A stretch of 64,000 bases of DNA from Phycisphaerales bacterium (GTDB lineage: Bacteria > Planctomycetota > Phycisphaerae > Phycisphaerales > UBA1924): the NCBI GenBank assembly GCA_050485765.1, contig JBJHBZ010000013.1, positions 5,272-69,271 on the forward strand, in the 5' to 3' direction. The notes beneath the pieces are model-generated. The model was given only the letters and a program-made list of their open reading frames with translations, did not search any database and was not told where the DNA came from. Shown one piece after another: positions 44,231 to 54,385 of the stretch. A program made the position numbers and the translations under genes. The stretch's first letter is position 1; each line of letters opens with the position of its first letter.

Positions 44231-44788
44231 TTACGAGATCGGGCGGGCGGGGTGATTGGGGAGCGGGCGGTCGTCCCGATCCGGCTGGGCGGCCCGCCAG
44301 AGGTGGGCGAGCACGAGCCAGGCGAGCGCGACGAGCGCGAGCTGGGACCAGATCCATCGCCACGCCTCGGGGCGGAAGGCGGCGACGCCCGAGCCCGCGG
44401 CCCGCGCCTCGCCCCACTGCATCAGGAGGAAGAAGACCACCGCCATCGCCGCCCACACGCCGAGCACGATCGCGACGCATCGCGTGCGGCGGCGGGGCGT
44501 CAGGCTCCAGAGCAGGAAGACGAAGAGGGCGACGACGGTCGCGTCGATCGCGAAAGCCGCGGTGAGGAAAAGCCACTCCGGGGCCGAGGTGATCGCGAGC
44601 CCGAGGCCGACGACGAGGCGGATCGCCCAGCGGAGAATCTGAGCCACGAGGAACGCGAGCGGGAGCGCGAAGACCCACTGGGCCCACATGGGCAGGCGGC
44701 TCCACGACACGGTGATCGGGTTTCGCGCGTCCGGCCCGCTCTCGAAGCGGTCTTCGGTGGTCGCGGCGTGGCGTGATGGTTCATGCAT
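44231..44788 (-). CDS. Hypothetical integral membrane protein (4-5 TM)
   Basis: Repeated hydrophobic helices rich in Trp/Ala/Leu. No motif recognised. Confidence 0.5.
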   Translation of the reverse strand: MHEPSRHAATTEDRFESGPDARNPITVSWSRLPMWAQWVFALPLAFLVAQILRWAIRLVVGLGLAITSAPEWLFLTAAFAIDATVVALFVFLLWSLTPRRRTRCVAIVLGVWAAMAVVFFLLMQWGEARAAGSGVAAFRPEAWRWIWSQLALVALAWLVLAHLWRAAQPDRDDRPLPNHPARPIS

Positions 44789-44866
44789 GAAAACACCCCT
44801 CTCGGCCAGTGTACCGGAGGGGTGCGTGTGTTCAAGAACGGGCTTTCGATCGGGAGAACGCCGGGA

Positions 44867-45997
44867 TTACCGCTTGTCGATGGGCGTGTAGGCGACCTCG
44901 TGCGGGCCGACGTACTTGGCAGCAGGGCGGAAGAGGCGGTTGTCTTCGAGCTGCTCGAGGATGTGCCCGCACCACCCGCCGATGCGGCTCATCGCGAACA
45001 TCGGCGTGAACAGGTCGAGCTTGAGCCCGATGCAGTGGTACGTGGTCGCGGAGTAGAAGTCGACGTTGGGGTAGATCCCCTTGCTCGCGACCTCGCGCTC
45101 CATGATCTCTTCGATGCGGTGGCTCTTGGCGTAGAGCTCGCTGTTGCCGGTGTCCTCAGCCAGCTGCTTGGCGAGCTTCTGGAGGTCAGTCGCGCGCGGG
45201 TCCTTCGCCTTATAGACGCGGTGCCCGAAGCCCATGATCTTGTCCTTGCGCTCGAGCTTGCCCATGACGTACGCCTCGGCCTCGTCGACCGAGCCGATCT
45301 CGTTGAGCATGACCATGACGCCCTCGTTGGCGCCGCCGTGGAGCGGTCCGCGGAGGCTGCCGATCGCGCCGGTCAGGGCCGAGTAGACGTCGCTGAGCGT
45401 GCTGATGATCACCTTGGCGGCGAAGGTCGAGTTGTTGAACCCATGGTCGGCGTGCAGGATCATGCAGATGTCGAACGCGCGGGCCATGGTCTCGGTCGGC
45501 TTCTCGCCGTTGAGCATGTAGAGGAAGTTCTGGGCGAAGCTCAGGCTGGTGTCGGGCTTGATGAAATCCAGCCCGCGCCGGTGCCGATCGAAGTAGGCGA
45601 TGAGCGTCGGGGCGTGCCCGAGGATCGTGACGCTCTTGTGCCGGAGCACGTCGAGCTCGATGTTGTTGGGGTCCTTGTCGTCGAGGGCGAGGGCGCTGAC
45701 AAGGGTGCGGAGGGCGTGCATCGGGTGGGCCTCTTTGGGGAGGGCCTTGATGCGATCGATCATGGTCTGGGGGAGGGTGTAGGCGGCCCGGAGCTCTTTG
45801 TTGAAGGCGTCGAGCTCGCTCCGGGTCGGGAGCCGCTTGTTCCAGAGGAGGAAGACGGTTTCCTCGAAGGTGCTCTTGCTGCTGAGCTCGCCGATGGGGA
45901 TGCCGACATACTCGAGCACGCCCTTCTGCCCGTCGATGAAGGACATCTCGGTTTCGGCGGCCACGACGCCCTCGAGACCCTTGCTGTAGTCGCTCAT
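44867..45997 (-). CDS. gltA: Citrate synthase (short, ~376 aa type)
   Basis: LHADHGFNNSTF, GPLHGGANE, GFGHRVYKAKDPRA, NVDFYS. Start at MSDYSKG (45997). Confidence 0.9.
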   Translation of the reverse strand: MSDYSKGLEGVVAAETEMSFIDGQKGVLEYVGIPIGELSSKSTFEETVFLLWNKRLPTRSELDAFNKELRAAYTLPQTMIDRIKALPKEAHPMHALRTLVSALALDDKDPNNIELDVLRHKSVTILGHAPTLIAYFDRHRRGLDFIKPDTSLSFAQNFLYMLNGEKPTETMARAFDICMILHADHGFNNSTFAAKVIISTLSDVYSALTGAIGSLRGPLHGGANEGVMVMLNEIGSVDEAEAYVMGKLERKDKIMGFGHRVYKAKDPRATDLQKLAKQLAEDTGNSELYAKSHRIEEIMEREVASKGIYPNVDFYSATTYHCIGLKLDLFTPMFAMSRIGGWCGHILEQLEDNRLFRPAAKYVGPHEVAYTPIDKR

Positions 45998-46256
45998 GCA
46001 TCCTCCGACGCTGTCTGGTGTTGGGGTGTCGCGGGCGGGCGGCGGTGTGCGCCGACCGGTCCGCGGGATCAGGACGGGACTATAGGGACCGAGCCCGGCG
46101 GGACGCGCACGCCGCACGTCCCAGGCCCGGCGTGCCCCCAGCGGAGCACCGCTCTTTCGCCGATTCAGGCCCATCGGATGAGCCGAGGGGCGAGGGCGGG
46201 GGCTCTGGCGGGGTCGGCGGCCCGCGCCCCGAACGGGGGCCATAGGATGCCGTCAG

Positions 46257-47417
46257 ATGCTCCCCCTCCGCAGCGACCGAGCCCGATCGCGACCCCCCGT
46301 GGTCACGCCCCTGCTGATCGCCCTCACCCTGCTTTCCCAGATTTTCTATCTCGCCCTGGGCGAGCCGTACGAGAGCTGGCTGATCCTGAACACAGCGCGT
46401 CCCACGCTCTGGGGGTGGGTCGGGTACGCCTTCCTCCACGCGGGGATGCTGCACATTCTGGGAAACATGCTGTTTCTCTGGGTCTTCGGGCCGGACGTCG
46501 AGGACCGGTTCGGGCGGATCGGGTTTCTGCTGTTCTACCTGGTGTCCGCAGCCGTCGCGGGATGGGCGTTCGCGGCGTTCGACCAGGGCGGCCGCCTCGT
46601 GGGCGCGAGCGGCGCGGTCGCGGGGGTCACGGGCGCGTTCCTCGTGCTCTTCCCGCGCGTGCAGATCCGCATCCTGTTCCTGTTCATCATCATCGGGATC
46701 TTCTCGATCAAGGCCTGGTGGTTCATCGCGTTCAAGGTCGTCTACGACCTCATGGGCTTCAGCGTCGGACGCGGGAGCAACATCGCCTTCTCGGCCCACC
46801 TGGGCGGGTACGCGTTCGGGGCCGCGGTCGCGATGGCGCTGCTCGCGATGAAGATCGTCCCGAGGGAGCCCTACGACCTGCTCAGCCTGCTCAAGCACCG
46901 CTCGCGACGTCGCCAGTTTCAGGCGGCCGCGGGGATCGACACCGAGCGTCGTCGGCGGGTCGCGCCGGGCGCTTCACCCGCGGAGGACCGTCGCCCGCGC
47001 CCCAAGGCCGAGCCGAGCGAGCCGGACCCGAAGCTCACCGCCGCCCGGACGGCGGTCGCCGCGTCCGCCAGCGCGGGCGATTTCGAGCGAGCCGCGGACG
47101 CGTATCTCGAACTCCTCCGCGCCTTCGGCGCCACCCCCGGCGCGGTGACGATGTCCAAGGACGCGCAGCTCGGCATCGGCAACGCCCTGTTCCACCGGGG
47201 CGACCACGCGACCGCCGCCAAGGCCTACGAACGCTTCCTCGACGCCTACCCGCACGATTCGGAAACGCCGCGTGTCCGACTCCTGCTCGGCCTGCTCCTG
47301 GCGCGGTACCTCAACGACCCCGTCGCCGCCCGAGCCCAGCTCGTCCGCGCCAAAGAGTCCGCCCGCGACGCCGAAGACCGGCAGCTCGCCGAAACGCTGC
47401 TGACCGAGCTGGGATAA
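46257..47417 (+). CDS. Rhomboid-family intramembrane serine protease with a C-terminal TPR-like soluble domain
   Basis: FLHAGMLHILGNMLFLWVFG, GASGAVAGVTGAF (catalytic Ser) and a downstream AHLGGY (His). Confidence 0.75.
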   Translation: MLPLRSDRARSRPPVVTPLLIALTLLSQIFYLALGEPYESWLILNTARPTLWGWVGYAFLHAGMLHILGNMLFLWVFGPDVEDRFGRIGFLLFYLVSAAVAGWAFAAFDQGGRLVGASGAVAGVTGAFLVLFPRVQIRILFLFIIIGIFSIKAWWFIAFKVVYDLMGFSVGRGSNIAFSAHLGGYAFGAAVAMALLAMKIVPREPYDLLSLLKHRSRRRQFQAAAGIDTERRRRVAPGASPAEDRRPRPKAEPSEPDPKLTAARTAVAASASAGDFERAADAYLELLRAFGATPGAVTMSKDAQLGIGNALFHRGDHATAAKAYERFLDAYPHDSETPRVRLLLGLLLARYLNDPVAARAQLVRAKESARDAEDRQLAETLLTELG

Positions 47418-47428
47418 CCGCGACCTCG

Positions 47429-47980
47429 TCACTTCAGGGCGCGCTTGCCGCGGCGCACACGCTCGGCGTTCATCTTCGACATCGCCGCCGGGTGGTCCGC
47501 GATCAGGCGTACGAGCTGCGTCTTGCTGACCACCAAACGCAGCGCCGCCGTCTCCACGTCCCACGACGCCGCCTCCAGCACGTCCATCGCCTCGGCCAGC
47601 ATCGACGGGTAGTCCTTGTGCGACGGGCTGCACGAGATGCGACCCTTCCCACCACCCGCCTTGCCCGTCCGGCTCTTCCACAGCGCCGTGCGGCACTCGC
47701 CCAGCGGCACGCCCACGCGCACCTCCGTCGCCAAAGCCAGTCGAAGACGACGCAACGCCACGCGCTGGTTTTCCTGCGCGCTCCGGCGCTCGCCGGCCTG
47801 CGCGCTCACGCCGCTCTCGCGGTGCGTCAGCACCACCAGCGTCTGCACCTTGTTCCGGTGCTGACCGCCCGGGCCCCCGCTGCGTCCGCGCCCGAGGTCG
47901 CACAACGCCAGCAGCGCCTCGTCCGCCAGCGCGGCCGGGTGGACGGGCCAATCCTCCGGGCGGGGCTTCTCGATCAGCAT
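47429..47980 (-). CDS. GGQ-domain (class-I release factor / ArfB-like) peptidyl-tRNA hydrolase
   Basis: SGGPGGQHRNKVQT motif, basic C-terminal tail ERVRRGKRALK. At 183 aa it is longer than typical ArfB. Confidence 0.65.
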   Translation of the reverse strand: MLIEKPRPEDWPVHPAALADEALLALCDLGRGRSGGPGGQHRNKVQTLVVLTHRESGVSAQAGERRSAQENQRVALRRLRLALATEVRVGVPLGECRTALWKSRTGKAGGGKGRISCSPSHKDYPSMLAEAMDVLEAASWDVETAALRLVVSKTQLVRLIADHPAAMSKMNAERVRRGKRALK

Positions 47981-49080
47981 GCGGTCGTCGGCACGGGGGT
48001 GAGGGTGAGGTCGTCGCGCACGCCGGCGTCCAGCATCGCCCCGCCGAGGCCCGCGATCATCGCCGCGTTGTCCACGCAGTAGCGCATCTTGGGGATCCGG
48101 AGCTCGAGCCCCGCACGGCCGGCGAACGACGCGAGCTCGGCGCGGAGGCGCGAGTTGGCCGTCACGCCCCCGCCCGCGACCAGCGATCGCGGGCGCACGC
48201 CGCCCGCGTGCAGGTGCTCCAGCGCGCGCTCCAGTTTCATCACGACCGCGCGCGAGGCGGCCCGCTGAAAGCTCGCCGCCACGCCCGCCCGCTGGCGATC
48301 GCTCAATTCGTGCGCCTCGCGCGGGAAGCCGCCGCCCTCGTGCTTCGGGCGGGGCGTGCCGCGGACGGCGTAGAGCACGGCTGTCTTCAAGCCGCTGAAC
48401 GAGAAATCCAGCGAATCCGCGCCCAGGCGGCTCACAGGAAAATCGTGCGCACGATCGTCGCCCTCGCCCGCGAGCCGATCCAGGTTGGGCCCGCCGGGGT
48501 ACGCGAGCCCGAGGATCGTCGCGGCTTTGTCGTACGCCTCGCCGATCGCGTCGTCGATCGTCCGCCCGAGGCGGGAGAGCACGAGCGGCCCATCGAGGCG
48601 GTACGTCGACGTGTGCCCGCCGCTCACGACCAGCCCGAGCGCGGGGTAGGCGATCTCGCCCGGGTCGTCCTCGTCATCCACGAGAGCCGCGCCCCAGAGG
48701 TGCGCGTGAACGTGATCGACGCCGACGATCGGCAGGTGCGCTTCACCCTCACGCCCCGGGAGTGCCCACGCGAGCGCCTTCGCCGCCGCAACGCCGACGA
48801 GCAGGCTCCCGATCAGCCCGGGCCGGTGCCCGACGGCGACCGCGTCGACCTCGGCGAGGGTGACGCCCGCGCGATCGAGGGCCGCGCGGACGACGGGCGT
48901 GATGCGCTCCGCGTGCACCCGGCTGGCGATCTCCGGCACGACGCCGCCGTATTCGGCGTGCAGCTCCGCCTGCGTCGCGACGACGCTCGACCGCACGCGT
49001 CGCGAGCCCTCGACGACGCTCGCCGCCGTCTCGTCGCAGGAGGATTCCAGCCCCAGCACCAGTCGCGGACGCTCGCCCAT
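47974..49080 (-). CDS. tsaD: tRNA N6-adenosine threonylcarbamoyltransferase
   Basis: VLGLESSCDETAASVV, VDHVHAHL, SGGHT, GGVTANSRLR. Confidence 0.9.
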   Translation of the reverse strand: MGERPRLVLGLESSCDETAASVVEGSRRVRSSVVATQAELHAEYGGVVPEIASRVHAERITPVVRAALDRAGVTLAEVDAVAVGHRPGLIGSLLVGVAAAKALAWALPGREGEAHLPIVGVDHVHAHLWGAALVDDEDDPGEIAYPALGLVVSGGHTSTYRLDGPLVLSRLGRTIDDAIGEAYDKAATILGLAYPGGPNLDRLAGEGDDRAHDFPVSRLGADSLDFSFSGLKTAVLYAVRGTPRPKHEGGGFPREAHELSDRQRAGVAASFQRAASRAVVMKLERALEHLHAGGVRPRSLVAGGGVTANSRLRAELASFAGRAGLELRIPKMRYCVDNAAMIAGLGGAMLDAGVRDDLTLTPVPTTAC

Positions 49081-49084
49081 GCGC

Positions 49085-50815
49085 TCAATCGCCGCCGGGC
49101 TCGGGGGTGGCGTTGGCCTCGATCGGCTCGACGTCCGCGTCGATCAGCCAGCGCTCCAGGTTCGGGCCGGTGATGCGCAGCTCGCGGACGACATGGCCCT
49201 CGGCGTCGCGGATGACGACCACGCCGCCCTCGAGCTCGATCCCGTCGTCCCACAGGTCGCGGGCCGGGCGACGCTCCCCGCCCGCGGCGATGCGCTCCAA
49301 CTCCTGCACGCGGTTGTCGACGCGCCCCAGCTCGCGCAGCACGCGCTCGCGACGGAGCAGCATCTCACGAAGCTCGTCCAGCGCGATCGCGTCGCCACCC
49401 ATGCCGGGCTGGCCCGTCGGCGTCCACTCCCCGTCGTCGATCCGCCCTTGCACCGCGAGAACGGCGGCCGAAAGCTGCGGGTCGGCGAGCTCCTCCACCA
49501 CCCACGCCGGGTCGTCCCACCGCCCGCGCTCGCTCGCCTCGGTCGCCGCGGCGTCGGTGCGGATGATCTCCTGCTGAGCCCGCTGGCGCAGCAGACGCAC
49601 CGTCTGCTCGTCGCTGAGCGGCACAAAGAAGCCCTCGGTCGGGTCGACGCCCCACTCGGTCGCCCCGGGGTTGCGGTTGAGGCTGCGCCCGCTGGGGAGG
49701 TAGTAACGCTGTGTGGTGAACTTGAGCTGCCCGCCTCCGCCGCGGGGGAGGCGCTGCAGGCTCTGCACGCTGCCCTTGCCGAAGCTGCGCGTGCCCACGA
49801 CGATCGCGCGATCGTTCTCTGACAGTGCGCCAGCGACGATCTCGCTCGCCGAGGCGCTCTGCTCGTTGATGAGCACCGTCATGGGGAAGTACGGGAGCGT
49901 GCCCTCGCGGCTCGCGCGGCGCGTCTCGGTCTCGAACGCGCGCCCGCGCGTCGAGACGATGTCCCCCTCCTCCAGGAAGAGATTCGCGATGTTGACGGCT
50001 TCTTCCAGCCCGCCGCCGGGGTTCCAGCGGAGGTCGAGGATGAGCCCCCCGAGCCCGCCGGGCTGATCGCCGCCGAGCGCGGCGATCGCCTCGCGCAGGT
50101 CGCGATCGACCCGGGGTGTGAACTGGCTGAGGCGGACGTACGCGATCCCGCGTTCGGGGTCGATGACGTGGAGCCAGCGCCCGTCGTTGGCCGGGTCGCG
50201 GTGGAAGCCGGTGACCGAAAGCGTGCGCACAGGGGCCCGCGTCAGCGTGACCTCCAGCTCGCGCCCGGCGCGTTCGATGGTGAGCGTCACCGGCGTGCCG
50301 GCCTCGCCCTGGAGCAGCTCCACGCACTCCTCGGCCGAGCGTCCCTGCGTGCTCCGCCCGTCGATCTCGATCACGCGATCATCGGGCATGAGCCCGGCCG
50401 CGAGCGCGGGCGAACCCTCCAGCGGGCTGACGATCGCGAGCCACCCGTCGCGGACGAGCACGCGGGCGCCGATGCCGACGTACTCGCCGGTCAGGCGCTT
50501 GGTGAACTCGGCGGCGCGGGCGGGGGGGACGTACTCGGTGTACGGGTCGTTGAGGACGCCGAGCATGCCGTCGATCGCGCCGCGCTGCATCGCCTCGAGG
50601 TCGACCTCGTCGACGTACATGCGGGTGATGAGGCTCTCGACATCGATGATCGGGTCGAGGAAGGCGTAGCCGTTGGCCGGGCGGAGCGCCAGAGCGAGGG
50701 TCGAGCCGAGGACGGCGACCGCGAGGATGCCCACCAGAAGGCCCTGCATCCGCGCCCCGCCAGGTCGCCCGCGCCGCGAGCCCGTGGTTGCCGCATCCCG
50801 AACCGATCGACGCAT
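49085..50815 (-). CDS. Carboxy-terminal processing protease (S41) with a PDZ domain and a long C-terminal extension
   Basis: GIGARV..., PDZ GSPALAAGLMPDDRVIEIDG, ILDLRWNPGGGL, SASASEIVAGAL, GTRSFGKGSVQ. An alternative start lies at 50749 (MQGLLV). Confidence 0.85.
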   Translation of the reverse strand: MRRSVRDAATTGSRRGRPGGARMQGLLVGILAVAVLGSTLALALRPANGYAFLDPIIDVESLITRMYVDEVDLEAMQRGAIDGMLGVLNDPYTEYVPPARAAEFTKRLTGEYVGIGARVLVRDGWLAIVSPLEGSPALAAGLMPDDRVIEIDGRSTQGRSAEECVELLQGEAGTPVTLTIERAGRELEVTLTRAPVRTLSVTGFHRDPANDGRWLHVIDPERGIAYVRLSQFTPRVDRDLREAIAALGGDQPGGLGGLILDLRWNPGGGLEEAVNIANLFLEEGDIVSTRGRAFETETRRASREGTLPYFPMTVLINEQSASASEIVAGALSENDRAIVVGTRSFGKGSVQSLQRLPRGGGGQLKFTTQRYYLPSGRSLNRNPGATEWGVDPTEGFFVPLSDEQTVRLLRQRAQQEIIRTDAAATEASERGRWDDPAWVVEELADPQLSAAVLAVQGRIDDGEWTPTGQPGMGGDAIALDELREMLLRRERVLRELGRVDNRVQELERIAAGGERRPARDLWDDGIELEGGVVVIRDAEGHVVRELRITGPNLERWLIDADVEPIEANATPEPGGD

Positions 50816-50893
50816 CGCGCACCCGTCCTTTCCCAAGCCCGTTCCTGCCCCCATCGTACGGGGTGTGGTGCCCCGCCACTCGCCCCACCTACG

Positions 50894-52357
50894 ATGTCTT
50901 TCGGGCGATCGTTCGCCTCTTGCACGGGAGAGCACTTGGGCGGATCGAGTTTCGAGCAGCAGCGTCAGGGCATCCGGGTCATCGCGGAGAAGGCGGTCGT
51001 CGCGGCCGTCCGCCTGCCGGAGGACCGTTTCGACCCCAGCGACCCGTTCGGCGAGCTGCGCGAGCTGGCCCGCCAGGCGGGGGCCGAGGTCGTCGCCGAG
51101 CTCACCCAGAACCTCGACCGCCCCGTCGCGGGCACCTACATCGGCACCGGCAAGCTCGGCGAGCTGCGCGAGCTCTGCGAGCTCACCGGCGCGACGACCG
51201 TCATCTTCGACCACGAGCTGAGCCCCAAGCAGATCGCCGGCATCGAGAAAGTCGTCGAACGCAAGATCATCGATCGCTCCGAGCTCATCCTCGACATCTT
51301 CGCCGGGCGCGCCACCACGCGCGAGGCCCAGCTCCAGGTCGAGCTCGCCCAGCTCGAGTACACCTACCCGCGCCTCCGCGCGATGTGGACCCACCTCGAA
51401 CGCGTCGCCGGCGGCTCGCCCCAGGGCGTCGGCACCCGCGGGCCGGGCGAGCAGCAGCTCGAGATCGACCGGCGACTCGTCCAACGCAAGAAAACCCAGC
51501 TCCAACGCGAGCTCAGCGAGATCCAGGGGCGCAAAGCCCGCAGCGTCCAGAAACGCAAGCTCGATCACTTCACCGTCGGGCTCGTCGGCTACACCAACGC
51601 CGGCAAGTCCACGCTCTTCAATACGCTCACCGCCGGCGGCGCCTACGCCGACGACCGCCTCTTCGCGACGCTCATGACCCGCACCCGACAGTGGGATCTC
51701 GGCGGCGGGCTCGACGTCATGCTCAGCGACACCGTCGGCTTCGTCCGCGACCTCCCCCACCACCTCGTCGCCAGCTTCCGAGCTACGCTTGAAGAAGCGA
51801 CCCACGCCGACCTGCTGCTCGTCGTGCTCGACGTCGCGGACCCGGCGGCCGAGATGCAGCTCGAAGCCGTCCACCGCACGCTCGACGAGCTTTTCGACGA
51901 ACGCGACCGGCGCGAGCCCGGAGCACACCGCCCGGAGCGCGTCCTCCTGCTCAACAAAGCAGACCGACTCGCGGACAACAGCAATCTGCTCGTCTGGCAG
52001 CAACGCGTGCCGGGGTCGATCCCGCTGTGCGCGCTCCCGAACGAGCAGGGCATGCCGCGGATCGGCGCCGAGGCGCTGCTCGCCCGCGTGACGGCCGCCG
52101 CCAAGGGCGAGCTCCGCGAACGCGAGCTCCTCGTGCCGATGCGCGACAGCAAGACGGTCGCGACGATCGAGAACCGGGCGGAGATCCTGAGCCGCGAGTA
52201 CGAGGGCGGCACCGTCCGCTTCCGCGTCCGCATCGGCGACCGCCAGCTCGCCCAGCTCCGCGCCGCGGGCGCGGAGTTGCAAGTTGTCGGCGACCCCACC
52301 GCGGGGCAGACCCCAAGAAAACGCGGCTGGCAGGCCCAGGAACACACCGCCGAGTGA
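50894..52357 (+). CDS. hflX: GTPase HflX
   Basis: IDRSELILDIFAGRATTREAQLQVELAQLEY, GTRGPGEQQLEIDRR, GYTNAGKSTLFN, DTVGF. Confidence 0.9.
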   Translation: MSFGRSFASCTGEHLGGSSFEQQRQGIRVIAEKAVVAAVRLPEDRFDPSDPFGELRELARQAGAEVVAELTQNLDRPVAGTYIGTGKLGELRELCELTGATTVIFDHELSPKQIAGIEKVVERKIIDRSELILDIFAGRATTREAQLQVELAQLEYTYPRLRAMWTHLERVAGGSPQGVGTRGPGEQQLEIDRRLVQRKKTQLQRELSEIQGRKARSVQKRKLDHFTVGLVGYTNAGKSTLFNTLTAGGAYADDRLFATLMTRTRQWDLGGGLDVMLSDTVGFVRDLPHHLVASFRATLEEATHADLLLVVLDVADPAAEMQLEAVHRTLDELFDERDRREPGAHRPERVLLLNKADRLADNSNLLVWQQRVPGSIPLCALPNEQGMPRIGAEALLARVTAAAKGELRERELLVPMRDSKTVATIENRAEILSREYEGGTVRFRVRIGDRQLAQLRAAGAELQVVGDPTAGQTPRKRGWQAQEHTAE

Positions 52358-52373
52358 TGCACAAGCTCCAACT

Positions 52374-52636
52374 GTGCCACTGACCTCTTCCGAGAGGTCA
52401 GTGCGCCCCAGCTCCAACCCCTCCCACACTCCAGCAGCCCGCACCAAAGCGCAGCATCACAAGAGCATCAAGAGAACACAAGGGCGGCCCGGAGCACTGA
52501 CCTTGCGGACAAGGTCAGTGACACATATCCGCTGAGTTCCAACCGAGCTCCGCCTGTGCCACGGACCTCTTCCGAGAGGTCAGTGCTCACAACTCACCGC
52601 CCGGAGCACTGACCTTGCAGACAAGGTCAGTGGCAC
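52374..52636. repeat. REP/BIME-like cluster: four units at 52374..52406 (-, A), 52492..52524 (+, B), 52556..52588 (-, A, one mismatch) and 52604..52636 (+, B, loop CAGA)
   Basis: Same 33-nt consensus. It fills the whole hflX-lysS convergent intergenic region. Confidence 0.9.
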
Positions 52637-52654
52637 ATCACACATGCACGACGC

Positions 52655-54385
52655 TCACTCCCCCTCGCCGCGTCCGATCGGGCGCATCAGCGGGAACAGG
52701 ATCACGTCGCGGATCGTGCGCTCATTCGTCAGCAGCATGACCAGGCGGTCGATCCCGAGCCCCAGCCCGCCGGCCGGGGGCATGCCGACCTTCAACGCCT
52801 CGATGAAGTCCTCGTCGAACGTGCGGAACGTATTTTCCTCGTCGTCCAGCCCCGCAAGCTGCTGCTTGAAACGCTCGGCCTGCACGTCCGGGTCGTTCAA
52901 CTCCGTGTACGCCGGCCCGATCTCCATTCCGGCGATAAACAGGTCCCAACGCTCCGCGAGCGGGATCGCGTCCCCCTCGGTCCCCTTCTTGCCCTTGGTC
53001 AGCGGGCTCAGCGCGGCCGGGTAGTCGGTCACAAACGTCGGACGCGCCGGGTCGATCGACGCCTCCGCGACCTCCTCGAACAGCTCGTTCACGATCAGGA
53101 TCGGGTCCAGCGCCTGCCCCTGCTCGTTCTTGGTCTTCAGCTTGCGCTTCTCGGCTTCGCTGCGCGCACGATCGAAGTCATCAAACCGGAACCCCAGCGC
53201 ACGATCGAACAGCTCGGCGTACGTCACACGCTCAAAAGCACGCCCGTAATCGATCTTCAGCTCCCCGAACGGGAGCACCAGCGTCTCCGGCAGCTCGTCC
53301 TCGTCGGCCGGCTCCAGCACCGCGCACCCCTTGCCCGCGCCCGTCGTGTCCAGGTCGCGATCCTCCAGGATCACCACCCGCGCCAGCTCGCGGATCAGCC
53401 CCTCGGTCAGCGACATCATCGACCCGTAATCCCCGAAAGCCTCGTACACCTCGACGACCGTGAACTCCGGGTTGTGCGTCTTGTCGAGCCCCTCGTTGCG
53501 GAAGTTCCGGTTCAGCTCGTACACCCGCGCCATCCCGCCCACCAGCAGGCGCTTCAGATACAGCTCCGGCGCGATCCGCATGAACAGCTCGAGCCCCAGC
53601 GCGTTCATCGTCGTCCGGAACGGGCGAGCCGCCGCCCCGCCCGCCAGCGTCTGCAGCATCGGCGTCTCGACCTCGAGGTACCCGCGTTCGTCCAGATACC
53701 TGCGAATGCGGCTCACGATCCGGCTCCGAAGCGTGAACGTCCGCATCGTCTCCGGGTTCGACCACAAGTCCACATACCGCTTCCGGTACCGAAGCTCCAG
53801 GTCCTGCAGCCCCGCCCGCTTCTCCGGCGGCGGCGTCAGGCACTTGCCACCCGGAGCCGCGCCCTCCGCCCAGATCGTCACCTCCCCCGCGCGCGTCTTC
53901 ATCAGCGGGCCATGCACCACCACCAGGTCGCCCAGGTCCAGCTTCTTCGCGAGCGCGAAGCCCCGCTCGTCGCAGTCCCGCTTGCTCAGCGCGACCTGCA
54001 CGTCGCCCGTGTGATCGCGGACGTTGAGCCAGACCAGCTTCCCGTTGTCCCGGTGCAGCACGACCCGCCCGCCGACCGCGACCCGCGGGCGACGATCCTC
54101 CACCGGCGGCAACGCTGAATCGTCCAGCGACGGGTCCGCCTTCTTCGCCGCCGAGCGGGCCGACTCCGACACCTGGTGCTGCTGGTCGGCCGACTCGTCG
54201 TACCGACGCCTGGCCTCGGCGCACGAGGTCAGGTCCGGCGTGCGCACGCCGTACGGATCGAAACCGAGCGCCCCCACCGCCTCGCGGTTCGCTCGGCGTT
54301 GCAGCTCCAGCTTGTGCATCTCACCCGACGAATCGACGGGCGAATCCACGGGCAAAGACGACGGTGCGGCTGTGTCAGAGTCCAT
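52655..54385 (-). CDS. lysS: Lysine--tRNA ligase (class II)
   Basis: RYRKRYVDLWSNPETMRTFTLRSRIVSRIRRYLDERGYLEVETPML, NRNFRNEG, GLGLGIDRLVMLL. Start at MDSDTA (54385) or the MHKLEL Met downstream. Confidence 0.9.
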   Translation of the reverse strand: MDSDTAAPSSLPVDSPVDSSGEMHKLELQRRANREAVGALGFDPYGVRTPDLTSCAEARRRYDESADQQHQVSESARSAAKKADPSLDDSALPPVEDRRPRVAVGGRVVLHRDNGKLVWLNVRDHTGDVQVALSKRDCDERGFALAKKLDLGDLVVVHGPLMKTRAGEVTIWAEGAAPGGKCLTPPPEKRAGLQDLELRYRKRYVDLWSNPETMRTFTLRSRIVSRIRRYLDERGYLEVETPMLQTLAGGAAARPFRTTMNALGLELFMRIAPELYLKRLLVGGMARVYELNRNFRNEGLDKTHNPEFTVVEVYEAFGDYGSMMSLTEGLIRELARVVILEDRDLDTTGAGKGCAVLEPADEDELPETLVLPFGELKIDYGRAFERVTYAELFDRALGFRFDDFDRARSEAEKRKLKTKNEQGQALDPILIVNELFEEVAEASIDPARPTFVTDYPAALSPLTKGKKGTEGDAIPLAERWDLFIAGMEIGPAYTELNDPDVQAERFKQQLAGLDDEENTFRTFDEDFIEALKVGMPPAGGLGLGIDRLVMLLTNERTIRDVILFPLMRPIGRGEGE

